IMG/VR virus record: IMGVR_UViG_3300045988_118516
Coordinates: 1 to 38,567 of that record
Direction: 5' to 3' (one strand)
Source of the DNA: a virus
Length of the DNA stretch: 38,567 bases
Shown here: piece after piece, positions 8,617 through 16,434 of the stretch
Layout: each line of letters opens with the position of its first letter
Position numbering within the stretch: the first letter of the stretch is position 1
Notes under the pieces: model-generated
Database searches by the model: none
Seen by the model: the letters and a program-made list of their open reading frames with translations, nothing else
What the model was told of the DNA's origin: nothing
Position numbers and translations under genes: made by a program

Positions 8617-8978
8617 TCTGCGTCATCCTCCTGCAACGCCTGCAAGAGTTGCGGCAGTTCTGCAACGCTTTTCTGTCCGTTCTGCTGGGCAAACTGCTTT
8701 TTCTTGAGGGCAAGCTCTTCTCGCTGCACAGTCTCACCAATGAGGTCTTGCAACTTGTCAATTGCTTTTACATTGCCCTTTTCAGCCTCTTCGTAAAGGG
8801 CTTGAATCATCCGCATAGCAGCGTCATCGTTTTCTTTAAAAAATGCCTTAGCGGCTTGCTTTAGGCTCCTGTACGCCCGTCTGGACGCTCCTGACACAAT
8901 GCCACCTTTTCTACCTAACTCTCTCGCCTCATCCTTGCTTCTTTCACTCATTGGTATTAAGTTTTTCTCATTTGCCAA
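8613..8978 (-). CDS. terS: Terminase small subunit, about 121 aa
   Basis: TTG start at 8978 with GGAGG 7 nt upstream. Sequence NLIPMSERSKDEARELGRKGGIVSGASRR is typical of small terminases in Firmicutes phages. Confidence 0.65.
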   Translation of the reverse strand: MANEKNLIPMSERSKDEARELGRKGGIVSGASRRAYRSLKQAAKAFFKENDDAAMRMIQALYEEAEKGNVKAIDKLQDLIGETVQREELALKKKQFAQQNGQKSVAELPQLLQALQEDDAE

Positions 8979-9002
8979 CGTCCTACCTCCATCTTTCAGG
9001 TA

Positions 9003-9036
9003 TAAAAAAGTCCGGACGGGTATCACACCATCCGGA
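9003..9036 (-). terminator. Intrinsic terminator between the last early gene and terS
   Basis: Minus sense reads UCCGGAUGG-UGUGAUAC-CCGUCCGGA followed by CUUUUUUAUA. The hairpin ends 25 nt before the terS start. Confidence 0.6.
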
Positions 9037-9056
9037 TTTCATTTTTTCATGTTACT

Positions 9057-9085
9057 ATTATAGCACAATAAAAAGGGCATTAAAA
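9057..9085 (-). promoter_or_regulatory. Extended -10 promoter candidate (TTTTAA-17-TGcTATAAT) upstream of the terminator and terS
   Basis: Minus sense reads ttttaatgccctttttattgTGcTATAAT. It shares TGCTATAAT with the promoters at 22185-22193 and 22890-22898. Confidence 0.4.
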
Positions 9086-9117
9086 GGCTTTTTAGGGCTT
9101 TTTTGGGCTTATTTTTT
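9086..9117. repeat. Three phased GGGCTTTTT(T) repeats at about 10-bp spacing (probable curved DNA)
   Basis: ggcttttt at 9086, gggctttttt at 9095 and gggcttatttttt at 9105. Confidence 0.5.
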
Positions 9118-9513
9118 ATCTTCCAGCATTTTTAACGCCTCACGGTGCAGGCGTTTGGATTTTGTTTCTGAAATAAATAGCTTGTCATTGACATCTTCCC
9201 ACCGCATACCGTCAATATACCGCAGTCGCATCAGCACCGCATGGTCGGACGGTAAAAACAAAATCGCACGCTCTACACGGATAATACTGGTTTGCAGCTC
9301 TGCTTTTTTTGCCTCGTAAAGGGCTGACAGTTCCTCCAACCGTTCTATGTAGGTCTGCATGGCTGGCATTGGTTCGCCGCGATGCTCAGGCTCATCACTG
9401 TAACAGATTGCCTTAGTGCTGCGTGCATCTGCTCGCAGCTTGCCAATCCGGTCATCAATCTGTATCAATTCCTTTTGCTTCGAGCGGCACTGCATAAGTT
9501 CTTCCTTTGTCAT
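9109..9513 (-). CDS. Sigma-70 region-4-like late transcription regulator (DUF1492/ArpU/RinA-like), 134 aa
   Basis: The C-terminus VLMRLRYIDGMRWEDVNDKLFISETKSKRLHREALKML has the look of a sigma-r4 HTH. ATG at 9513 has GGAAAGGA upstream. This is the last gene before terS. Confidence 0.6.
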   Translation of the reverse strand: MTKEELMQCRSKQKELIQIDDRIGKLRADARSTKAICYSDEPEHRGEPMPAMQTYIERLEELSALYEAKKAELQTSIIRVERAILFLPSDHAVLMRLRYIDGMRWEDVNDKLFISETKSKRLHREALKMLEDKK

Positions 9514-9560
9514 GTTTTCAACAATCCTTTCCACAAAATGTTGATAAATGGTTGTTTTTA

Positions 9561-9905
9561 TTATACCATATCTTGTGCTTTTGTGCAAGTGCCGATTTTG
9601 TACACCCTGCGTTTATTTGCACAATACTGTTGTAAATCCAACGCTTGCATCGTCAAAACGCTGTAGTAGGTACTCAGCAAGTCACACTCTATCATCTCAA
9701 TGCGGTGCAGAGATTCCGGTGTGCCGTTATCTCTCTGTAAGGCGTGCTCATACTCTACCATGGTTGACCGCACGATGTATGCAGCAAGATTTAAATAGCA
9801 GTCGTTGACATTGCTATGCCGGACGCTTGGCGTTAGCTGCTTGCGTGCCGCTCCTGTCTTGTCCTGTAGATTGGATTTATGTGCTTTGTAGTACTCAGCC
9901 CGCAC
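9561..9905 (-). CDS. Hypothetical protein, 114 aa (GTG start)
   Basis: The ORF abuts the stop of the upstream micro-gene (TAGTG). The family is not recognised. Confidence 0.45.
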   Translation of the reverse strand: MRAEYYKAHKSNLQDKTGAARKQLTPSVRHSNVNDCYLNLAAYIVRSTMVEYEHALQRDNGTPESLHRIEMIECDLLSTYYSVLTMQALDLQQYCANKRRVYKIGTCTKAQDMV

Positions 9906-10030
9906 TATTTTTTACACGCTTTGCAGTAGCTATCACGCTTTTTGGTGGTGCGTCCGGTATGCTTGTTTACATAAGTCACAAGTCCATTGTCCTGTAGCGA
10001 TTGGCCGCATCGCTTGCATACCTTGCTCAT
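9905..10030 (-). CDS. 41-aa zinc-ribbon protein (MSKVCKRCGQSLQDNGLVTYVNKHTGRTTKKRDSYCKACKK)
   Basis: Two CxxC pairs, AAAGGGGAAAG 7 nt upstream, and an ATGA overlap with the upstream gene. Too short to appear in the ORF track. Confidence 0.55.
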   Translation of the reverse strand: MSKVCKRCGQSLQDNGLVTYVNKHTGRTTKKRDSYCKACKK

Positions 10031-10323
10031 CGGTCTACTTTCCCCTTTACTTGTAATTGGATTTTTGTAAAATCAATCTGATAATCCTGCTTGAAATGCT
10101 GCATTTGTTCCAGTGCGTCCGGTGCTTTACCAAAGATGGGCGGTATTTCAGCAATGGACTGTAGATTCTCAAATAGTCTGTTCAGCCGTTTCTCTTTCCA
10201 GCCATAGTGCCACTCCAACGCCACGAATACCATCGCCATGCCCTGATAGATAGCCATTTTATGACTATACTCGACCTCATTCTTGTTGTACAGGTTTTTC
10301 CGCTGCAAGGCTGGGTTCTTCAT
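10027..10323 (-). CDS. Hypothetical protein, 98 aa
   Basis: ATGA overlap with the upstream gene and in-series packing. Confidence 0.6.
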   Translation of the reverse strand: MKNPALQRKNLYNKNEVEYSHKMAIYQGMAMVFVALEWHYGWKEKRLNRLFENLQSIAEIPPIFGKAPDALEQMQHFKQDYQIDFTKIQLQVKGKVDR

Positions 10324-10820
10324 TGCGATTCCTCCAGTTCCTTATTTAAGATTTCCGCTGCTTTTTCAGCGTTTTCGAGGGTGTCGAAATAAGGACCATT
10401 AACGCGACAATTGCAATCATACCAACCTTCAGCAGCCCAGTGGCTGCTACTGTAATCATAATAAAGGCAATACGTTGCTTCTCCGCTTCCAAAATCCGGC
10501 TCATAGTCCGGGCAGAGCATATCATGCAGCTGCTCCAACCGTAACAGCAACCGCATTTTATCTGCAACTTGTTCGGCACGGGCTTCCGTTGGGAAACAGT
10601 TGCCGATTCTAAAATTGCGTTTGTCCGTGTCGTCATCTACGTTTTCCCAGCTATCAATTGTAAAATCGATACCAATATAAAAGTAGTCTTCTCCATCCTT
10701 CGGCTTCCACGGCTTCAACTCTTCCTGTTCCTTTTGTGCCTCTGCTTCTTTCTTCAGTCCTTCCAGCTTAGTCAAAAATTCGGATTTCAGTTCTTCAATT
10801 TTCTTTTCGATGTCGTTCAT
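10320..10820 (-). CDS. Hypothetical protein with an N-terminal coiled coil, 166 aa
   Basis: ATG at 10820 follows AAAGGAAAC. The GTG at 10838 is less likely. Confidence 0.6.
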   Translation of the reverse strand: MNDIEKKIEELKSEFLTKLEGLKKEAEAQKEQEELKPWKPKDGEDYFYIGIDFTIDSWENVDDDTDKRNFRIGNCFPTEARAEQVADKMRLLLRLEQLHDMLCPDYEPDFGSGEATYCLYYDYSSSHWAAEGWYDCNCRVNGPYFDTLENAEKAAEILNKELEESQ

Positions 10821-10849
10821 TTCAACGTTTCCTTTCACTTTTGTTTTGC

Positions 10850-12004
10850 TCAGTATTTTATAAAACCATTGCCATAAATACTGTTAAGCACATCAAATAC
10901 ATGTCCCATACCCAGCCCTTTGTTGTTGGGTGTCCACAAACCATCCTCGTTATACTCGCCGCCGTTTATGCAGTAATTGTACTGTTTTGGATGTGTCTCT
11001 TTAAGTTGCTCAAATCTGCTTTTGTCTTTGTCCAAATGACAACCAAATCCACAAAAAATGCAGCCTGTCCTATCGCATCCAGTTGTTTTTAGCTTGTCCG
11101 CTCCACAGCCGCAAAACCGCATTTGTTCTGGTTCTTTGTTGTAATTAACATCGCCATAAATACTTGCAATAGCGATGTTATATTTTTTTATGTATTGCAA
11201 TACATCTTGTTCCGTCCAAAAACTCATAGGATTTGAAACCGGTCTTTTGCTTTTAAAAGCATTGCAACCATTAGCAAGCCATGCTCGGTATCTTAGCTTT
11301 CCTTCGCTTGCCATTTGTGCCATAAACGGCTTTTTCCCAGTTTGCCTTTCATATTCCTTTGCCGGCTTTTTCTTCATGATTTTGCAACATTTATCCGAGA
11401 TACTAAAATCAACGGATAACAATGGCTTGTATTTTTGGACGTCATACTTATTAGTTTTACCATTTTTACTAACATACACCCCGTCAAATTGCTGGTGTGC
11501 ATATGATTTTGGATTGTTTCGGGCGTCGTAGACTTTTTGCGATATCTCTTTGCTTATCACAGGATAGCCGTAAGTTTTGATAACCTCATCAAATCGCATC
11601 GCAGGTTTTAATATCGTGACATTATCAAATGTCTTTACAAACCCCTGTATCTCCGGATACTCCAACCCAGTATTTACAAACACCGCCTCTACATCCGGAT
11701 ACATTTGACGAACCAGATGCAATAAAACCGTGCTGTCTTTGCCACCGCTAAACGACACATAAACCTGCCCGTCATCCACATACTCGCTGTACTCGTTCTT
11801 TTTCAGAGGCGGCTCTTTGTCGCCTCTTGTGTCAAACACCACAAAGCGTGTTTTGCCTGTCTTGGTGTTTGTGATTTTAAACTTGCACCAGCTCTCATAC
11901 CAAACCTTGATACGCTGCTTTGTCATTATGATTTTTGCATCCAACGGCAAAGACTGCATTTGCACCAAATCTGATATCTGGTGCCGTTTAACATCATCGT
12001 TCAT
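10850..12004 (-). CDS. PAPS-reductase-family PP-loop ATPase with a C-terminal Cys cluster, 384 aa
   Basis: PP-loop motif VSFSGGKDSTVLLHL and C-terminal CGCGADKLKTTGCDRTGCIFCGFGCH. The ATG at 12004 overlaps the VRR-NUC stop as ATGA. Confidence 0.75.
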   Translation of the reverse strand: MNDDVKRHQISDLVQMQSLPLDAKIIMTKQRIKVWYESWCKFKITNTKTGKTRFVVFDTRGDKEPPLKKNEYSEYVDDGQVYVSFSGGKDSTVLLHLVRQMYPDVEAVFVNTGLEYPEIQGFVKTFDNVTILKPAMRFDEVIKTYGYPVISKEISQKVYDARNNPKSYAHQQFDGVYVSKNGKTNKYDVQKYKPLLSVDFSISDKCCKIMKKKPAKEYERQTGKKPFMAQMASEGKLRYRAWLANGCNAFKSKRPVSNPMSFWTEQDVLQYIKKYNIAIASIYGDVNYNKEPEQMRFCGCGADKLKTTGCDRTGCIFCGFGCHLDKDKSRFEQLKETHPKQYNYCINGGEYNEDGLWTPNNKGLGMGHVFDVLNSIYGNGFIKY

Positions 12005-12327
12005 TTTGATTCCTCCATTTCGTTTATTAATCGCACTGCATCCTCCGCACTCCTGCAAATCCCAGCGATTGCACCGCTTTTTTGCATCATCTCTATAAAA
12101 TGCAGCTGTGCTTTGGATGCTCTGCCTTTTGGCGTTTTTACCTCAATAAAGACTGCCTTGCCATCTGATTTTCGGACGCCAAACAAGTCGGAAAACCCTG
12201 CCGGAACGCCCGACGTAATCCATCGCCCGTCCAACGTGCGGCCACTGCACACGTTGACGCGAAAAATCACGCAATACTCTGACACGGCAGCCCGAATCTG
12301 ATTTTGAATGTTATGCTCCTGCGTCAT
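12001..12327 (-). CDS. VRR-NUC domain nuclease, 108 aa
   Basis: GFSDLFGV...AVFIEVKTPKGRASKAQLHFIE matches the D...E-x-K core of VRR-NUC. The RBS is GGGAGGA. Confidence 0.75.
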   Translation of the reverse strand: MTQEHNIQNQIRAAVSEYCVIFRVNVCSGRTLDGRWITSGVPAGFSDLFGVRKSDGKAVFIEVKTPKGRASKAQLHFIEMMQKSGAIAGICRSAEDAVRLINEMEESK

Positions 12328-13690
12328 GCTTTATCCTCCCAACTGGCAAGCCCATCCGTTTTGCCATATAATACGCCCATCCGGGCTTGTACCCCTTTGC
12401 CTTGCCGTATGTTGCAAGGTCTGCAAACGTCTTGCACTGCGACGGCATTGCTGGGATAACGGGCACATCTGTGACTTTTTCCAGTTTGATTTCCGTATGT
12501 ACTTCTTGCTCCGTTGGCTCTGCTGGCGGTCGTTCTTCTTCCGCTCGGATTGGCTCGCCACAATTCGGGCAGTTTTTGACCAGCTTGCCGTTTTTGTCAC
12601 GTTTTGGAAAACTATAATAGCAGTATGCACAGGTCTCAATCTGAAATCCTTTGTCGTCTTTTTTGTGTCCATCCAGTGACCACTCTCTATCTGCATCGGG
12701 CATACCAAACCGCTTGACATTGCCGACGTGGTCAAGAATCACTGCTCGTTTGTCCGGCTGATACCGCATGCATCGCATTGACTGCTGGATGTAGAGCGTT
12801 AGGGATTGTGTCGGACGGAGTAGGATTGCACAACCGCAATCTGGCACATCAAACCCCTCCGAAATCAAATCCACGTTGCAAAGAATCTGGATTTTGCCGC
12901 TCCGAAAGTCTGCAATGATTGCATCTCGCTCTTGTTTTGGAGTTTTTGCATCCAGGTGCTGTGCAGGGATACCAACATCGCAAAACATCTTTGCCATCAT
13001 CTGTGAGTATCGGATGGATACGCAATAGCAGACGGCTTTTTTGCCTTTTGCATAGGTCTGATAGTGTGCGATGACGTCCCCAAAAATATATTTGTTGGAC
13101 ATCATCATCTGCTCTGCCTCTGCCATGTCGTACTCGCCACGCTTTGTGTGCAAGTCTGACGTATCCAGTATTTTTGGTGCGTAGTAGTCATACGGTGCAA
13201 GACAATTGTTTTGAATCAGCCATTTTGCTGTCACGCCGACAATCAAATCATCGTTGACATCACCCAAACCCGACCCGTCCAGCCGGATTGGCGTTGCTGT
13301 CACGCCCACCCGATACGCTGCCGGAAATGCGTCATAGATTTTGCGATAGGTTGCCGCTTTGCTGTGGTGGTTTTCGTCCGTAATAATCAGCGTCGGATAG
13401 GTGAGCTTTTGCACCCGTCTGGATGCCGTCTGCACCATCATGACGTTGCACAAATCCATCTCAACGCCCCACCACCGGAAGGTGTTGCGGATTTGGTCGC
13501 ACAACTCTTTTCGATGTACCAAAAACAGCACATTTCCGCCGTTTTCCGTGGTACGTTTCGCAATCTCTGCCACAATCACCGATTTTCCACCGCCACACGG
13601 CAGCACGATGCACGGTGCTTTGTGTCCGGCTCGCCACGATTGACTCAATCGGTTGACAAGGTCGGTTTGATAGGGTCGCAACTCTCCCAT
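12311..13690 (-). CDS. Superfamily-2 DNA helicase (ResIII/DExH plus Helicase_C) with a C-terminal zinc ribbon, 459 aa
   Basis: Motifs LRPYQ, PCGGGKS (Walker A), ITDENHH (DExH), QQSMRCMR (motif VI) and CAYC...CPNC. ATG at 13690 has GAGAGGAGGAG upstream. Confidence 0.8.
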   Translation of the reverse strand: MGELRPYQTDLVNRLSQSWRAGHKAPCIVLPCGGGKSVIVAEIAKRTTENGGNVLFLVHRKELCDQIRNTFRWWGVEMDLCNVMMVQTASRRVQKLTYPTLIITDENHHSKAATYRKIYDAFPAAYRVGVTATPIRLDGSGLGDVNDDLIVGVTAKWLIQNNCLAPYDYYAPKILDTSDLHTKRGEYDMAEAEQMMMSNKYIFGDVIAHYQTYAKGKKAVCYCVSIRYSQMMAKMFCDVGIPAQHLDAKTPKQERDAIIADFRSGKIQILCNVDLISEGFDVPDCGCAILLRPTQSLTLYIQQSMRCMRYQPDKRAVILDHVGNVKRFGMPDADREWSLDGHKKDDKGFQIETCAYCYYSFPKRDKNGKLVKNCPNCGEPIRAEEERPPAEPTEQEVHTEIKLEKVTDVPVIPAMPSQCKTFADLATYGKAKGYKPGWAYYMAKRMGLPVGRIKHDAGA

Positions 13691-14025
13691 CGGTGCTCCT
13701 CCTCTCTGATTGCCAGCCCACATAATTGATTTGCAAGCTGTTTGCAGGTCGGGCAGCCATTTTTACTGTAATATGCCCCACTTTTGCGGATGTTGTTCAA
13801 TATCTGCCGCTCCTGCATCCCGATTTTTTGAAGCAAATCAAAATCCCGATACTGCTGCAAAACCTGCTTTTTTTCCTGTTTTGCTTGCTCTGCAGACAAT
13901 TTCCGGAACGCATACAAGGCGTATAGTGTCCGCATTGTCAAAAAATAGTAGGTTTCTGGCGGCTGCAACCCCTCTGGCAGCGGCTGCAACTCGTACGCCA
14001 TCTTATCTAAATTCTCCAGTGTCAC
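13645..14025 (-). CDS. Hypothetical protein, 126 aa (GTG start)
   Basis: AAGGAG lies 7 nt upstream of the GTG at 14025. The 3' end overlaps the helicase start by about 46 nt. Confidence 0.55.
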   Translation of the reverse strand: MTLENLDKMAYELQPLPEGLQPPETYYFLTMRTLYALYAFRKLSAEQAKQEKKQVLQQYRDFDLLQKIGMQERQILNNIRKSGAYYSKNGCPTCKQLANQLCGLAIREEEHRWESCDPIKPTLSTD

Positions 14026-14037
14026 ACAATCGTCTCC

Positions 14038-15849
14038 TTAAAACGGTAGTTTTGTGTCCTCTTTTTTCGCCGTATCCAGATTAAATGGAAACTGACAAAT
14101 GCCTTTCTCCCCGACCTGATACAACCGCTTTGACTTCCGGCTATGCCGCAGCTGGATGCGGTCGTCCTCTTGCAATAAAATACCCGTTGCGCGGTTTTTT
14201 TTCACTGCAAGTAGCGTCCGTGTGATTTTTTCGCCGTCGTCTTTGGTGGTGGCATCTCTATCTAACATGATAACGGTATCTGACAGGTTTCCGATGTTAC
14301 CAGAGCCGGATATCTCGTCAACGTCTAACTCCTTAGATTTGGTCTTTTTCGGGTGGGCGACCAGCAGGATAACAATTTGCAGCTTACTTGCCAGCAGTTT
14401 CAGCTTTTTTACAAATTTGCTTTGCTCTATGTACATATCCGTCCCCTCGGCAATTGCCGTCATGAGGTTATCTACCAGCACAAACCGCACGTCATACGCT
14501 CTGGCAGCCGCTTCAATTTCCGGAATGATGTCCATGTTGTCTTTCTCTGCCAATGCAAGGTTGTCAACGATAAACAGGCGGTGGCGATACCAGTCCGCAA
14601 GCTGCTGCTCTTGCTCTTTTTCAAGATAAAACCCGGCAGAATCGGTATAAACACGCTCTTTGATTGCCTTTTCGCCGGCAATCTGGAAATCCAGCCATCG
14701 TTTTACTTCGTAATCGGCTAACTCGCCGGAATAAATCAGCACGTTCCAGTCCTGCCAGAGGGCAGCGACTGCAAACATACTGGCAAGTGTGCTCTTTCCC
14801 GTGCCGCATTTGCCAGTCAGGGCAATCAGCTGCCCCTCGTAAAACCCGCCAATAGTCTGGTCAAGCTTTGGCAGCATGGTTTTAAAGTGTGGCACGTCGT
14901 TGAGAGCAACGCCTTGCACGTTTGCCATGTCCTTGATGGTCGGCGGCTGAAACAGCTCTGCTTGCTCCACTGCCCGGTGCAGTGCTTGCTCCCCGTAAGC
15001 CTGCAGTATGTCGTTTGCGTCTTTTTCCAGCAGATAATCTCCCGGACGGACAGAACGCACTTTACACTTTGGAAACAACTCCCGAACCTCTTTTACAAGC
15101 GTTATGCTGCCCCGCTCGTGGTCACCAAATACCACGATGGTGTCAAACTGCTCCACAAAGTCCCTGCAGTGCTCCACCCATGTAAATCCTCTTGCTCCAG
15201 TCGGCACGCTGACAGCGTTGGGAATTCCTGCACTTGCAAGGGATAAGCTGTCAATCTGTCCCTCTGTGATGACCAGTGTCTTGCTTTTGGATGGGTCGCA
15301 GTGATCCATCCCGAACAAAATCGGTCTGCATCCGCTCTCGCACCACTCTTTTGCCTTGTGTTTTGTCTTGTCGTAGTCCATCAGGCGATATTTGACAAAC
15401 TCCAGCTTGTTGTAACGGTTGCCGCTCGTGTCTGTAACGGGTCGATAAAACGGAAAAATCAGCTGGTTGGAATCGCCTTTTGTGGTCGTGATGCCATAAG
15501 CCCGTGTGACTTCTTTTTTGATGCCTCTGCGAAACAAGTATTGCTCTGCTGGTGTACTGGTAATCAACCGTACCTGTGGAAGGCTCTTAAACGTCCCTGT
15601 GTCGTCCGCTTGCAGCTGGAAGTCAAAGTCCCTTGCCAACTCCACAAAATGCCCCTGACGGCCGCAGGACGCCCGTGGGCAGCGATATGCACCGGATTCC
15701 ATGTTGATGCTAAACGACCAGCGGTCACCACGGCTGGAGTGGCAGTAGGGGCACTCTTTAAACTGTAACTCATTGCCGTGTACTCTGGTTTCAATGCCTT
15801 GCCGCTCGGCAAAGGCTAGCAGGTCGGATTGTTGTAATTGATACCGCAT
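14038..15849 (-). CDS. Bifunctional primase-helicase (zinc finger + TOPRIM + DnaB-like helicase; T7 gp4/Twinkle-like), 603 aa
   Basis: Motifs CPYCHSS...RCPRASC, LVITEGQIDSLSL (Toprim) and GKCGTGKST (Walker A). ATG at 15849 has GAGGGAGTG upstream. Confidence 0.85.
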   Translation of the reverse strand: MRYQLQQSDLLAFAERQGIETRVHGNELQFKECPYCHSSRGDRWSFSINMESGAYRCPRASCGRQGHFVELARDFDFQLQADDTGTFKSLPQVRLITSTPAEQYLFRRGIKKEVTRAYGITTTKGDSNQLIFPFYRPVTDTSGNRYNKLEFVKYRLMDYDKTKHKAKEWCESGCRPILFGMDHCDPSKSKTLVITEGQIDSLSLASAGIPNAVSVPTGARGFTWVEHCRDFVEQFDTIVVFGDHERGSITLVKEVRELFPKCKVRSVRPGDYLLEKDANDILQAYGEQALHRAVEQAELFQPPTIKDMANVQGVALNDVPHFKTMLPKLDQTIGGFYEGQLIALTGKCGTGKSTLASMFAVAALWQDWNVLIYSGELADYEVKRWLDFQIAGEKAIKERVYTDSAGFYLEKEQEQQLADWYRHRLFIVDNLALAEKDNMDIIPEIEAAARAYDVRFVLVDNLMTAIAEGTDMYIEQSKFVKKLKLLASKLQIVILLVAHPKKTKSKELDVDEISGSGNIGNLSDTVIMLDRDATTKDDGEKITRTLLAVKKNRATGILLQEDDRIQLRHSRKSKRLYQVGEKGICQFPFNLDTAKKEDTKLPF

Positions 15850-15864
15850 CGTTCTCACTCCCTC

Positions 15865-16419
15865 TTATACTAAATCAAAATCGACCTCATCCCACGGCAC
15901 AACATCTCCCTCTTTTGAGATAGCCGGTGGTGCTGCCCCATTGGGGGCAGTGCCGTCCGGCGGCTTATTTGTTACTGGTACTGTAACAGTACCAGTAACA
16001 GTATCAGTAACAGTTACAGCTTGTTTTGCTTGTTTTGGTTGTTTTAAACAAGCATTGCTTGTTTTTGCTTGTTTTGGTTGTTTTAAACAAGCATTGCTTG
16101 TTTTTGCTTGTTTTGGTTGTTTTTCTGTTGCCCCGCCCTTTTCCTTTGCAGCGTTTCGGTTGCCTTTTGGAGCCCCGCCTTTTTTCCCTGCTTCTACGCG
16201 TTTCCGTTTTGCCTCTTCCCATTTCTCTGCACACTCGTCAATCTGGGATGTAAAAACGCTGAACAGCACCTGCAACACCAAGTCGTCAGATTCTAAACGC
16301 TCTCCGGTATCTGCATACCGGAGAATCGCCTTGAATAGGACACCACACTGTGCATCGGATAGCATGTCAATCTCTTTTTTGCGGTCAGTAAACAGAACGA
16401 ATGATTTTTTGGTTGCCAT
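15865..16419 (-). CDS. Putative replisome organizer / origin-associated protein with repeat-encoded low-complexity C-terminus, 184 aa
   Basis: The N-terminus FVLFTDRKKEIDMLSDAQCGVLFKAILRYADTGE resembles phage replisome-organizer N-domains. The gene contains the 39-bp repeats (KQPKQAKTSNACL x2.4). Confidence 0.5.
   Translation of the reverse strand: MATKKSFVLFTDRKKEIDMLSDAQCGVLFKAILRYADTGERLESDDLVLQVLFSVFTSQIDECAEKWEEAKRKRVEAGKKGGAPKGNRNAAKEKGGATEKQPKQAKTSNACLKQPKQAKTSNACLKQPKQAKQAVTVTDTVTGTVTVPVTNKPPDGTAPNGAAPPAISKEGDVVPWDEVDFDLV
15971..15999. repeat. Inverted repeat with 11-bp arms (gttactggtac-N7-gtaccagtaac)
   Basis: Read directly from the sequence. It lies inside the 15865..16419 gene next to the 39-bp repeats. 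Confidence 0.85.
16028..16123. repeat. About 2.4 tandem copies of a 39-bp unit, each containing the 19-bp perfect palindrome AAACAAGCATTGCTTGTTT; candidate lytic origin
   Basis: gcttgttttggttgttttaaacaagcattgcttgttttt starts at 16028 and 16067, with a partial copy at 16106. Confidence 0.85.
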
Positions 16420-16434
16420 CCGCTTATCACCTCA

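Noticed and set aside
10850-12004. Calling the PAPS-reductase-like gene a sulfur-assimilation auxiliary metabolic gene (cysH)
   Set aside because: Its context (VRR-NUC, helicases, primase) and the extra C-terminal Cys cluster make a nucleic-acid-directed role at least as likely. The function is left open rather than asserted.
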